From a virus, in the IMG/VR virus record IMGVR_UViG_3300034356_001764, positions 16,204-80,203 of that record: DNA of 64,000 nt; one strand, written 5' to 3'. Positions 1 through 10,499 of the stretch are shown in pieces. The notes below the pieces were generated by a model. The model searched no databases. It worked only from the letters and a program-made list of their open reading frames with translations, and was not told where the DNA came from. The translations under genes were made by a program, and so were the position numbers. Position 1 is the stretch's first letter, and each line of letters begins with the position of its first letter.

Positions 1-1153
1 CATTGTAGAGATTATCATAAATTGAATTCTCTACCATACCTGCTTCAAGTCTTGATTCAGATAATGCCATATTGATGTTTCTTACATCTCTGTAAAATCC
101 ACCGGCAGTTTTATATGCACGTCCAAGATTTGTAAAGTTGTCAGCTTGATTTGCTAACTTATATGCATCAAAAGTATTACTTAATGGATTTACTGTTTTA
201 GCAAAACCTTTACTAGCATTCCAAAATTCTCTAGCTCCTTTTACACTATTAACAGTATCAAGAGTTTTATTGATGGCTTTCATACCATCAGTGGCAAAAT
301 TAATTCCTTTATAAACTGCTTTTCCTACTCTTGCAATATTTGCTGCTGTTCTTGCAAACAAAGCTGGAGCTGCTATTCCTGCTGTACCTACAGTAGCTAA
401 TCCTAAAGCAACTTCTTCTAACACAGCTTCAGTAATAATACCTGCTGAATATGAAAAATTCATCATAGCATTACTTGTAAAAGCACCAAAACCTCCTTTA
501 CTAGACTGACCAATAGCAGCAGCTTCTTCATAAGCCGCAGCATCTTCTAAGTCTGTCCCAGTAAAATCACCAGTAAGCATCTTACCTAATGACTTTGGCC
601 CTGATATAAAACCTCTTGTAAAGAGCGGAACAAATGAGTTTGTCATCATTCTAGAAAAATCATCCCACTGAGTAGTTCTAGCATTAAACAATGCTTCATT
701 ATCTCTTATTGGAGAAAAACCAATCTCATCAAATTTATCTTGACCATAGGCTTGATATCTTTTATAAAATGCATTACCATCTGGTCCAGCATTATAAGAA
801 TATATCTTTCCATATTGATTTTTATCTGCATTTGATCTTAATGTACCAAGAGCATAATCCTTCATGGATTTTCTTAACTGATCAAAACTTGCATTTTTAT
901 TTATACCAGGTTTGCTTGGAGGATTTCCTACAACAGTTTTTCTAACTTCAGAAGCAGGATTAGTTAAATTTTCTACATCCGGTAATACTGGTGTAAAACT
1001 TTGAGTTTCTGGAAAATTTATTTTAGGCATATCAATTCTATCTCCTTCAAAAGCTGCTAAACCTTTAGCATCAATTGTTGGAGTATTAATACTTCCATAT
1101 TCCGGTCCTAGTGAATCTAAAGAACTGAATGGTACATTATCATCTGCTGCCAT
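1..1153 (-). CDS. Large virion cargo/ejection protein, N-terminal 384 aa (runs off window; absent from ORF track)
   Basis: ATG at 1153 overlaps the stop of the upstream 996-aa gene. Frame open to position 2 (MAADDNVPFSS...LYN). Hydrophobic stretch EVALGLATVGTAGIAAPALFA. Position after other cargo genes. Confidence 0.75.
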   Translation of the reverse strand, partial: MAADDNVPFSSLDSLGPEYGSINTPTIDAKGLAAFEGDRIDMPKINFPETQSFTPVLPDVENLTNPASEVRKTVVGNPPSKPGINKNASFDQLRKSMKDYALGTLRSNADKNQYGKIYSYNAGPDGNAFYKRYQAYGQDKFDEIGFSPIRDNEALFNARTTQWDDFSRMMTNSFVPLFTRGFISGPKSLGKMLTGDFTGTDLEDAAAYEEAAAIGQSSKGGFGAFTSNAMMNFSYSAGIITEAVLEEVALGLATVGTAGIAAPALFARTAANIARVGKAVYKGINFATDGMKAINKTLDTVNSVKGAREFWNASKGFAKTVNPLSNTFDAYKLANQADNFTNLGRAYKTAGGFYRDVRNINMALSESRLEAGMVENSIYDNLYN

Positions 1154-4130
1154 TGTATGAACCTTTATTAATTTGTTTATACTTTTCCATTAAATCCATT
1201 GCTTGAAATCTAGCTTGTTCCATATTTTGACCATAGTTGGTTACATTATCACTTACTGTTTCAAAAACATATTCTTTTGTATTACTGTTCCAAACTGGAT
1301 ACTGAAAAGATGTTATATAATCTCCAGTACCTAATTTATTTTTTTCAATACTAAAAGAATAATTAGAATTTAAAGGGTCAGTATAAACATAAGCTTGCCC
1401 TTTAGTATCTAAGTAATCAACATAAGATTGTAAAGGTGACTGATATGAACTCATATAAACTGAGTTTGTCATGTTTGCTGAATCAGTTATATATGATACA
1501 CCATTTTTCATGATTTCATCATACTCGGTTGCACTGATTAATCCAGCTGAGGATTTTTCCATTTTTCCATCAGCACCTTTCTTTGTACTGTATACTTGTT
1601 CTTTCAACCATTTTGCATCAGGATAAATAATAACGGCAGCTTTATTAATGCTACCAGCTGCAATAGGTGATACATCAACTCTAAAGTTACCCATTTTACT
1701 TTTACCAGATTTAGTTAACTCTGCTCTAATCTGATCAAGTAATGCAATACCTGTAGCATTTTTTACTGGTGCTTTATTGAATGAAGTTAAGCTAGTACCT
1801 TTAAAACTTATTTTATTTTTGTTACTAGCTCCCCAATCAACACCATTCATGTCTGAAAGTATTTCTCCAAATCTAATATTTGATGAGGTATGTCCTTTTG
1901 GATTTACAAATATTGAACTTGAATTAGGAGCAAAAACACCTGAACCTGACATTGATCCTAATTTATCTAAACCAACAACTTGTGCTTTTACTTTTCCAGT
2001 ACTGTATACTTTATTAGCAGCACCAACTAGTTCATCATAGTCAATATCTGGTGCATTATATGCGTCAATAGCCATACCAAGCCAATTGGATGGATTGATA
2101 CCCTGAATCAATTTTTGTCCCGTGGTCAGTTTTTGTCCTGTATATGATTTAGCATATTTAGCATCTGAGCTATTTATCTTACCAGCTTTTGCTAAAGCAT
2201 CAAAGTATTCTGCTTTAGTTCTTTGCTTACCATTATTATCATATAAATAATCAACATATTTATAACCTAATCTTCTTAACTCACCTTCTACTTGTTTTGA
2301 AGAAGTTGCTTTCCATTCTTGATCTGCTTTTAAGTAATTAGTATAATCATCAAACATTAATGATGACTTTTTAAAAGAATTATAAGCTGTTCCATCTAAA
2401 CCAGACAACTGACTATTCTGACTTAACCATGTAGACATTTTTTGTTTTATCTTACTTAAGTCATTCATACCAACTTCACCAGTAACCCAATTTTCTCCAT
2501 ATTTATTTAGCTTATCACTAAATGTTTTTCTGTTAATGTTTGGATTCTTTTTGTAACCAAGTATTTCAGAAGCTTGTTTTTCTGTCATTGTCTTGTTTCT
2601 CACAAGATCATCAATCAATGTAGTTACATTTTTTAAATAAGGAATAGCAACAGCTTTAGTTTGTGTTGAAACTATTTGCTTACTTACTTTTCTCATATCT
2701 AATTCTGGAGTTGCCGTCCCGTCTGGATTCTGTCTTGTAAATACTTGATCAAGAGCTTCAATTGGTTTGATCTCTCCTGTTTGCTCATCTTGATAATGTG
2801 TTCCAGCATCAATTCTAGCTTTATCAAGCATAGTTTTTCTTTCACCTTCATTACGGATTTTTGCAGCATTTGCAAGACCAGCATTTCTAGTTGCAATTTG
2901 CTGCATGCTATACTTATGCTTATCAGCAAGTACTGCATATGGGTTAGCATCCATGTCTTGTTTTGCATCTTTAAATGCAAATATGTTTGCTGCCTCATCT
3001 AAATCTTTTTGCATAAGCAAAGAAGCCATACCATTATCAACTTTCCATCTTAGTGATTTAAGATCCCCATAAGGATTAACAAAACCATTTGATGTAGTTG
3101 GTGTACTTGACTGACCACCATTAAGATCTTTTTGTTCTTGCTCTGCACGGGCTAAAACTTTATCATTGATCTCTTTGTTCATCTTGTACTGCTCCAAAGC
3201 TTGTACAGCTTCTGGAGATGCTTTGCCATCTTTTATTTGCTTTTCTATATCAGCAATTTTATTGTCATAGCTTTTAGAATTTTCTTGAAGACCTTTATAT
3301 CTTATAGCACTTTTTTCTTTTAAAACATTAAAGCTATTCTCAAGATATTTTAACTCTGCTGCATTCTTATCTCCATTAAATTGTGCTGCATTAGAATATG
3401 CATAATCTTTTCTATTTACAAAAGATTGTGTTTTATATACAGCTTGAATAGCAGGATCACTACCAAGGCGCGCTTCAAATAATTTTTGTAAAGGTTCAAC
3501 AAGTTGTTGACCATTCTTAGTCTTTACAATCCATCTACCATCTTTACTAAAGTCAACTGACTCAATTGATAATCCAGCTTCTTTTGCAACATCCTGAGCT
3601 TTCTCAACAGCATTAACATAAGGTGTATACTCTACATTGGAAAAGTTCATTGCTTCATCATCTGTAGCAAGTTTAAACTCATCCTTTAAGTATTGCATTT
3701 CTCTAACACCTGTTTCCCAATACTGAGCTCTATCTTTTTCATTGGATGAAACCTTAAAGATTTCTGCTCTATTGTTTTGGTTATTGTAATTCTTTGTCCA
3801 AGCCATATCTTTCATTAATGACTTGTCTTCATAGAATGGTTTAAAGATTTGAGTTGCCTGAGTTACATTCTGCTCTAGAGATAAATCTAGCTGTGATACT
3901 CTCTTTAAGTTAAATTCAATTTGTTTTAGGTAGTTGTCTTTTTTAGCAACATTCCCATCACGTGTAAGATCAGCATGATAATACTGACCATACATTTTAT
4001 TTAAAGACTTCCAGTTTGTATCATACTGGGTTTGCTTAGTTTGCATTACATTACCATAGAAGTTCAGGTCCGGTTGAAACGGCTGAAACTGCGGTATATA
4101 ATCTGTGACTCCTTGTAAGTACGTTGCCAT
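1140..4130 (-). CDS. Putative ejected cargo protein (996 aa)
   Basis: Long coiled-coil-rich ORF with Pro/aromatic N-terminus (YIPQFQPFQPD), in the cargo block downstream of the muzzle-like gene as in crAss-like phages. Confidence 0.55.
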   Translation of the reverse strand: MATYLQGVTDYIPQFQPFQPDLNFYGNVMQTKQTQYDTNWKSLNKMYGQYYHADLTRDGNVAKKDNYLKQIEFNLKRVSQLDLSLEQNVTQATQIFKPFYEDKSLMKDMAWTKNYNNQNNRAEIFKVSSNEKDRAQYWETGVREMQYLKDEFKLATDDEAMNFSNVEYTPYVNAVEKAQDVAKEAGLSIESVDFSKDGRWIVKTKNGQQLVEPLQKLFEARLGSDPAIQAVYKTQSFVNRKDYAYSNAAQFNGDKNAAELKYLENSFNVLKEKSAIRYKGLQENSKSYDNKIADIEKQIKDGKASPEAVQALEQYKMNKEINDKVLARAEQEQKDLNGGQSSTPTTSNGFVNPYGDLKSLRWKVDNGMASLLMQKDLDEAANIFAFKDAKQDMDANPYAVLADKHKYSMQQIATRNAGLANAAKIRNEGERKTMLDKARIDAGTHYQDEQTGEIKPIEALDQVFTRQNPDGTATPELDMRKVSKQIVSTQTKAVAIPYLKNVTTLIDDLVRNKTMTEKQASEILGYKKNPNINRKTFSDKLNKYGENWVTGEVGMNDLSKIKQKMSTWLSQNSQLSGLDGTAYNSFKKSSLMFDDYTNYLKADQEWKATSSKQVEGELRRLGYKYVDYLYDNNGKQRTKAEYFDALAKAGKINSSDAKYAKSYTGQKLTTGQKLIQGINPSNWLGMAIDAYNAPDIDYDELVGAANKVYSTGKVKAQVVGLDKLGSMSGSGVFAPNSSSIFVNPKGHTSSNIRFGEILSDMNGVDWGASNKNKISFKGTSLTSFNKAPVKNATGIALLDQIRAELTKSGKSKMGNFRVDVSPIAAGSINKAAVIIYPDAKWLKEQVYSTKKGADGKMEKSSAGLISATEYDEIMKNGVSYITDSANMTNSVYMSSYQSPLQSYVDYLDTKGQAYVYTDPLNSNYSFSIEKNKLGTGDYITSFQYPVWNSNTKEYVFETVSDNVTNYGQNMEQARFQAMDLMEKYKQINKGSYNGSR

Positions 4131-4189
4131 GCTATTCTAATTCTTTATAAAAGTATCAACATTTTTTAAGTTTAATAAACTTCTTAAGT

Positions 4190-6493
4190 TTATAGGAAGA
4201 TTGGCCAATCAGTATAGACGTATCCTGTTGTACTACCACCTTTCTTTTTATATTTATTTAAAAGGTATTTTTCAGCAGACTCTTTACTAAATCCTTGAGA
4301 CATCAATTCTTTTAATTCTTCTCCCATTGTTGCTTGTTTTGCTCCTGGATCAACTTGTTTATCAGTAGGAGTATATTCTACACGTCCCCCAACACCTGGT
4401 CTAGTTTGATAGTTAGGATACATTTGATTCAATGCATCTGTCTTCATTTTATTAGTAAGTGCTGTATTGTAAGCTTGTCTCATATTTGCAGCACCCTGTC
4501 TTTTAGCATTTTCAAACTGTTGATTAGCAATAACATTTTTGTCATAAACTCTATTAGCCATTTGCTGATTCATCTGGTTCTCTTGGTTTCTTACACCAAC
4601 TTGATTTGCTTCAAACTGATTAGCAATGTTTACATTCTGATTGTTAATTCTACCAAGTGTATCTGCTGCTGCTCTAGCTCCTTGACCTTGTATCTGAGAT
4701 AACCTTGCATTCAATGCTTGAGGACCTGCAAATGAAGCAGCTGCTTGAGATGCAATATTAGCTTGTTCAGATTGTGCAGCTAGTTCTCTTGTAGGATCTA
4801 AGAATGTAGGTCTTGGTTCTTCAAGATCAACTCTTGCTTCCCATGGCATAAATTTCTTAGCACTCATCATATCACCAAATGCACCCATAGTATTTACAGT
4901 ATCTTGTAACCACCATTCTGGTTCTCTTTGCGCTGCTGGAGTAACTGCTTGTTGTTCTTCACCTGGTTCTTCACAATCTTTACAACTACCATCAGCATTC
5001 ATACCTGGATCATATGTAGTACCATCTGCTCTATCGCATTCACATCTTTCTTTTGGCTTACATGTTTCAGGCATACATTCACCTTTCTCATTCTTCTGAG
5101 CAAACTTTCCTGCAATAGCTACACCTTTATCATCAAGACACGGACATTCTGTTGATACTGGTTCTTTTTTTACTTCTTCTATTGGTTTTACAGGATCTAA
5201 TTGTCTTACACCAAAATAATTATCTACATAGGCATCTTGCAATTGTTCTAGTATTTTAGGATCTTTTAATTGTTCTTCAGTAAATTTACCTGACCCATCT
5301 TTACTCAATGCTTTTAATTTTGCATTCTTCATACCTTTAGCTGTAAGACCATGCGTTGTCCACATATTCTTAATACTTTCAGGATTGTTTTTTAAAGTCC
5401 ACTCATAAATAGCTTTTTGTGCTTGACCTTCTGTCATTTTACCAATACCTGGAATACTACTTTCCCATTGCTTTAAATAATCATTTAAAGATTGTTTACG
5501 TGCACTAAACTTATTTGATGTACCAGTTGGAGTTACATTTCCTTGTTGTGTTTTTGCTTGTTCATAAGGTGTTATAATTCCATCTTGTGCTTGTGGTATA
5601 TAACCTCCATAAGCCATTTCATTTGACTCATAAGGAAATTCAAAGCCTCCCATTGACATTCCATACATTGCCATTGGTTGACCACCATAAGCCATAGGAG
5701 GTTGTTGTTGCATCATTTCCTGAGCAGCCATATCTTGCTCCATAGATTGAGGTTGAGCTATCTGTTCCCCGTTTGGCATTTCCATTGGTATCTCTTCCAT
5801 ACCTTGCATTTCAGGAGATTCCCTCATTTCTTGCTGTGGCATCTGCTGTTGTGGTTGTGGTTTTTGTGGTATTAAGTCTTCTTCAGAAATTCCATTAGAC
5901 TCCATATAAGGTTTTGACAATTCAGGTATACCTTGAGGAAATCCTTTCTTAGACTCTTGAGCTAATGCTAAGGCACCAAGTTTCATGGTGTAATTCTTAA
6001 TCATCATCTCAGCAGTCTTTCTATCCATCTTATCTGAATTAGGATCTTGAAGTATTTTTCTATACCTGTTAAGATCATATTTCTTAGATAAGTCAGCCGG
6101 AGTGTATCCACCTTTCTTAGGATTAGCATTAAACATTTTTAGAATAGTTGGGTCTGAAATCTTCATTGACTTAGTATCACTAAAAATAAAACTATCATCT
6201 GGTAAGTTTAATGGAACACCTCCACTACTGTGACGTGGGCCAGTAATTGTAAAAAATGATGGCATCATACTACCATCAATATTTCCTATTACAGTTTCTC
6301 CACCTTCAGCTTCTAGATTAGCTTCTTCTCTTGGAACTGCAGATATTGTTCTTTTTACCTCAGATGGTTGCTCACCAATATATGCATTGTAATCAGCACC
6401 ACCAAATGCTGGTACATCATTAACCAAACCGCCTCTAACTTGATAGCCTGTTCTAGCTTTTGGTACAGATTTAATTCTTACTCTTCTTAACAT
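4190..6493 (-). CDS. Cargo protein 1-like virion protein (767 aa)
   Basis: N-terminal NLEAEGGE...GPRHSSGGV...FIFSD motif recognised from crAss-like cargo proteins. Q/N/A-rich helical C-terminus and several xxGG motifs. Confidence 0.6.
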   Translation of the reverse strand: MLRRVRIKSVPKARTGYQVRGGLVNDVPAFGGADYNAYIGEQPSEVKRTISAVPREEANLEAEGGETVIGNIDGSMMPSFFTITGPRHSSGGVPLNLPDDSFIFSDTKSMKISDPTILKMFNANPKKGGYTPADLSKKYDLNRYRKILQDPNSDKMDRKTAEMMIKNYTMKLGALALAQESKKGFPQGIPELSKPYMESNGISEEDLIPQKPQPQQQMPQQEMRESPEMQGMEEIPMEMPNGEQIAQPQSMEQDMAAQEMMQQQPPMAYGGQPMAMYGMSMGGFEFPYESNEMAYGGYIPQAQDGIITPYEQAKTQQGNVTPTGTSNKFSARKQSLNDYLKQWESSIPGIGKMTEGQAQKAIYEWTLKNNPESIKNMWTTHGLTAKGMKNAKLKALSKDGSGKFTEEQLKDPKILEQLQDAYVDNYFGVRQLDPVKPIEEVKKEPVSTECPCLDDKGVAIAGKFAQKNEKGECMPETCKPKERCECDRADGTTYDPGMNADGSCKDCEEPGEEQQAVTPAAQREPEWWLQDTVNTMGAFGDMMSAKKFMPWEARVDLEEPRPTFLDPTRELAAQSEQANIASQAAASFAGPQALNARLSQIQGQGARAAADTLGRINNQNVNIANQFEANQVGVRNQENQMNQQMANRVYDKNVIANQQFENAKRQGAANMRQAYNTALTNKMKTDALNQMYPNYQTRPGVGGRVEYTPTDKQVDPGAKQATMGEELKELMSQGFSKESAEKYLLNKYKKKGGSTTGYVYTDWPIFL

Positions 6494-6501
6494 AGCTTAA
6501 A

Positions 6502-9500
6502 TTATAAATATTCAACTTCTCCACCATTAGCAATAAAGTTTGCTAATTCTTCTTCTGTCATATCAACTTCATCCCCTTCTACATAGTCAGGATCTTCATT
6601 AAGATAACTATTTTGACCACCCATTTGTGCAGATCTACTATTCCAAGTTTGACCCATTTGATCTGGTCTATACAAACCAGTATTGGTATCATAGTCACCA
6701 CGGTCTCTACTAGGATCACTTGCATATAGATTATCAGCAGTAAGATTTTTATACATTTCTTTCTCGTTCTTTCTATTCTGCATTCTATCAATAAATCCTA
6801 AAGCTCCTTTAGCAGCTGCATTACCTGTTAACAATGCACCTTGTACTGAAGCATTGTTCATCCCAGCTTTAGTTTTAAAGTCATATGTTACATCACCTTC
6901 TGGCTCATAAACTTTTTGAGTTTGCTGTCTTAAAGCTTGATTTGGATCTATAGTATATTGTTTTGGATCTTGTGATTGATTTCTTGTAGGATTATCAACA
7001 TTCATGAAACTTGTTAAAGATGATTCATCTAAACCTTGAATACCAGGGTTAAGAGATAACATATCAACATCTGTAGTTCCTGCCATTGCTGGATTATTAG
7101 TATATACTACTGGAGATTGAACACCATTCTGAGCAGTAGGTATAAACTTTCTTAGACCACCACCATATTGTTTCTTTATTCCTTTTTGATTAGTTACATA
7201 TTGATTGTAGATTCTATCATATGTTTCAATGTCTTTAAGATTACTAAAATCAGGAACTACCCCTACCTCTTTTGCAAAAGCCATCCTAGCTTCATTTGCA
7301 GGTATATTCCATTTCTTAGCCCAATCACTAACAAACTGATTTACTTTTGAAGACTTATCACTAATTTTATTAAAAGCATCTTCACTCTCATACCAATCAC
7401 CATCTTTCCATATTCCTTCATTCTCAGGAACTGCTCCTGTTTTTTGAGAATCAGATTCTAAATTTGGCATTTGTTTATATCCCCATGGACTTTTTTGAAG
7501 TTGTTGATTTATCATTAGCTCTTCTGGAGATACAAGAAGGTTATTTAATTTATTACTTTGTTTAGGAGCTGTATCATAGTTAGCTTGACTATCAAAATCT
7601 TCTTGTGTAGCAGGCACCTCTTCAAAATATTTTTCATATCTTTTACCAGCCATCAACGGTCTTTGTCTTCCTGCTTGTCTATCACCTCTATCCATTTCTC
7701 TTTGAGATAAAGCCATAGGACCTTTTCCAGGTAGTACTCTTTGTTCATCAGAACCATCTAAACTAATCATTGGTTTAGTTGGATCAGAGCTTTCATTACT
7801 AAAAGTAACTGAATACTTCTTAGGTCTTCCGCTTAATAAACCTGTTTTTTGAACATTGATATTTTTAATCTGTGCATTTTGTCCAAGATAACCAGGAATC
7901 TGTTGTCCAGTAGCATCACGTGCACCCATATATTGAGTACGGTAATTTGTATTTAAATTGGCAGGAATTAAGTTTTTAAACAAACCTCCTCTTTGAAAGT
8001 AAGCATCTGTTACATCTTCTGAGCCTGTGTAATCAATATCAGACTGGTCAATATAAGCAAGTGATGGATCATCATTTCCTCCATAAACAAATCTTTGAAG
8101 ATTACCATACTCATCAGAAAAAGGATCTTGTACAATACCACCCTGTTGGAAAGTTGAACCGCCAAATTTATTTTCTATCATGTCACCACCAAAACCATCA
8201 TTCCAGCTTTCTTCACTTTCCTTACCAGATCTATTTGGTAATTCATTCCAAGGAACATAAATTACACCACCATAATCTTGTGATTGTTCAACAGCAGCAA
8301 AACTTTTTTCAGGAATTATTTTGCCGTTAGCATCTCTTACAATCTGATATCTTGCAGGTTTTACTGTCCCCCAATTTGTTTTATATGTAGATTCAAATGA
8401 AGTAGCTTGTTCACCTTTTTTAGTGTTCCATTGTTTTTCATCACTACCTTCTTCAAATTTTCCAGTATTAGGATTAAATCCATAGTTTTTACTACCTACA
8501 GGTCTTCCCCATTGGTCTTTTTTAACTTGAGGAACTGTTGGTTTTACTTTAGCTTTTGGCTGAATGTAGGGTATAGCATTTTTTTCTAATGCATTTACTC
8601 TACCTTCTACATCTCCAGAAGAAACTTTTTGAAATGAATTTCCTGTACCAGTTGTATCAATGTACCACTGATTATTTTCTTTCTTGTAAATTGCAGTCTT
8701 ACTTGGATATGAGTAAACACCATCTGCACGTTTCTGAACATTAACTTCTTTTTGACCTTTTACTTGATCTTTAACAACTTGTTTTTCTTTTGCTGTTTGA
8801 GAACTATTTACAGTAACCGGAGTTTCAGTTCCAGGAGTTTTAACTTCAGTAGTTGCAACTGTTTCTGTTGTACCATCTGGTTTTACTTCAACTTTTTCCT
8901 CAACCTTAACATCTTTATTAGTTGCCTCATTACCTGGGGTAACAGCAGCTACATCTTTATTAGTTTGACTATTTACATAAACAGCATTATCTTCTACAAT
9001 TTTTCTTGCAGGAGTCTTTTTAGCACCAGTATAACCATAACCATAGAAACCTGGTCCACTACCTGGCATACCACTACCTGGCATAACAGATGGCATTTGC
9101 CCAAAGTTAACTGAGTATTCTTTTGGTCTACCAAATATACCTGAACGTCTTACATCCATAGATTCTATTGGTGGATAACCTTGACCAAAGCCTCCTGGTA
9201 TTCTTGGAACTCTTGGTTCTCTATTGAACAAACCTCTTCTTTCTTGACCCTCTTGATTTCTTCTTCTAAATAATCCACCAAACTGAGCTTCATCAAGCAT
9301 CTCATCATCTTCAGAATAATTCATTGGAGCTTGAGACATCCCCTGTTGCATCATTTGTTGTTGCTGCATCATTTGATCATACTGTTGTTCAGCTTGTTCT
9401 TTAGCAACAGCTATCTGACTTTGATTCTTAAGAGTTCCAATGTAATTATCTAAGATACCTCTTCTTACATTATTTCCAATTGGATCAGATTGATCTGCTT

Positions 9501-10443
9501 TTTTGGTAAGGTCATTAGGATTATTATTTCCTTGATCCCCACCCATTTGTTTTTTAACTAACTTCAATACAGAATTTACATAAGCACTCTTACCTTTTTT
9601 GTAAGCACCACCTTTTCTAAATTCACTCTCATCATAGTTTTCTTCTTGTGGTTCTGAATCATCCATATCCATCATTGGAGAAGAGTCAGGATTCATATTG
9701 CCATATGAAACACCACTATCTTGTGAAGTTTCAGGTGCAGTAAACTCTGGTCTTTGCCAAGCTTCTCCAGTTGCTACATCATAACCTCCACTCATCATGT
9801 CAGACATGTTTGCAGGCAAGTATGCTTCAATTCCTGGAAATACAATTGGATACTGACTTTCTACTTCCGCACCTTCTTGTGCTCTCATGTAGCCACCTCT
9901 CATCATTACTACTTGAGAAGCAACATCAGAATCATCATCTTCTATTTCATCATCTTCATTAGCAACTTCATTTGCCATATCATTATTCATGTCATCACCA
10001 TAGAAGTCTTCTTCAGTTTCTTGAACCGGATTCATTACTGTTTCTTCCTGAGCATCTTCTGGATCTCCTCCTGTAACTTCTTCATCTGATGATTCTTCAG
10101 AATCTTCTTCTTTCTGAGCTTCTGATTGTTCTTCAAGATACGTGTATATCTGATTTACCAAGTTAGTTGCTTCCATTGGATCTTTACCATACACATTCAC
10201 CAACTTAACAACTATCTCTTCTTTTGGTCTTGAGTTACTAATGTCTTGCATTACTAATGACGCAAGCTGATTATCATCAACTTGTTGTGCTTGTCCAGCT
10301 TGCCCTTGACCAGCACCCGGATATGATAATTCTTCTGCACTAGGTGTACCACCCATTTGAGCTTTACGTAAAAACTGGGCAGTCTTATTTAAAAACTGTC
10401 CTTCACCTGTTGGGCTCTTATAGATTCTGACTCTTTTTTTCAT
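6502..10443 (-). CDS. Low-complexity modular virion cargo protein (1313 aa)
   Basis: Acidic and Q/M-rich disordered segments separated by about 12 xxGG motifs; cargo-block location. Confidence 0.55.
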   Translation of the reverse strand: MKKRVRIYKSPTGEGQFLNKTAQFLRKAQMGGTPSAEELSYPGAGQGQAGQAQQVDDNQLASLVMQDISNSRPKEEIVVKLVNVYGKDPMEATNLVNQIYTYLEEQSEAQKEEDSEESSDEEVTGGDPEDAQEETVMNPVQETEEDFYGDDMNNDMANEVANEDDEIEDDDSDVASQVVMMRGGYMRAQEGAEVESQYPIVFPGIEAYLPANMSDMMSGGYDVATGEAWQRPEFTAPETSQDSGVSYGNMNPDSSPMMDMDDSEPQEENYDESEFRKGGAYKKGKSAYVNSVLKLVKKQMGGDQGNNNPNDLTKKADQSDPIGNNVRRGILDNYIGTLKNQSQIAVAKEQAEQQYDQMMQQQQMMQQGMSQAPMNYSEDDEMLDEAQFGGLFRRRNQEGQERRGLFNREPRVPRIPGGFGQGYPPIESMDVRRSGIFGRPKEYSVNFGQMPSVMPGSGMPGSGPGFYGYGYTGAKKTPARKIVEDNAVYVNSQTNKDVAAVTPGNEATNKDVKVEEKVEVKPDGTTETVATTEVKTPGTETPVTVNSSQTAKEKQVVKDQVKGQKEVNVQKRADGVYSYPSKTAIYKKENNQWYIDTTGTGNSFQKVSSGDVEGRVNALEKNAIPYIQPKAKVKPTVPQVKKDQWGRPVGSKNYGFNPNTGKFEEGSDEKQWNTKKGEQATSFESTYKTNWGTVKPARYQIVRDANGKIIPEKSFAAVEQSQDYGGVIYVPWNELPNRSGKESEESWNDGFGGDMIENKFGGSTFQQGGIVQDPFSDEYGNLQRFVYGGNDDPSLAYIDQSDIDYTGSEDVTDAYFQRGGLFKNLIPANLNTNYRTQYMGARDATGQQIPGYLGQNAQIKNINVQKTGLLSGRPKKYSVTFSNESSDPTKPMISLDGSDEQRVLPGKGPMALSQREMDRGDRQAGRQRPLMAGKRYEKYFEEVPATQEDFDSQANYDTAPKQSNKLNNLLVSPEELMINQQLQKSPWGYKQMPNLESDSQKTGAVPENEGIWKDGDWYESEDAFNKISDKSSKVNQFVSDWAKKWNIPANEARMAFAKEVGVVPDFSNLKDIETYDRIYNQYVTNQKGIKKQYGGGLRKFIPTAQNGVQSPVVYTNNPAMAGTTDVDMLSLNPGIQGLDESSLTSFMNVDNPTRNQSQDPKQYTIDPNQALRQQTQKVYEPEGDVTYDFKTKAGMNNASVQGALLTGNAAAKGALGFIDRMQNRKNEKEMYKNLTADNLYASDPSRDRGDYDTNTGLYRPDQMGQTWNSRSAQMGGQNSYLNEDPDYVEGDEVDMTEEELANFIANGGEVEYL

Positions 10444-10499
10444 ATTATATTATATAGTTAATATACTAAATTTTAATTTAACTGTTAAACTTTAAAGAT

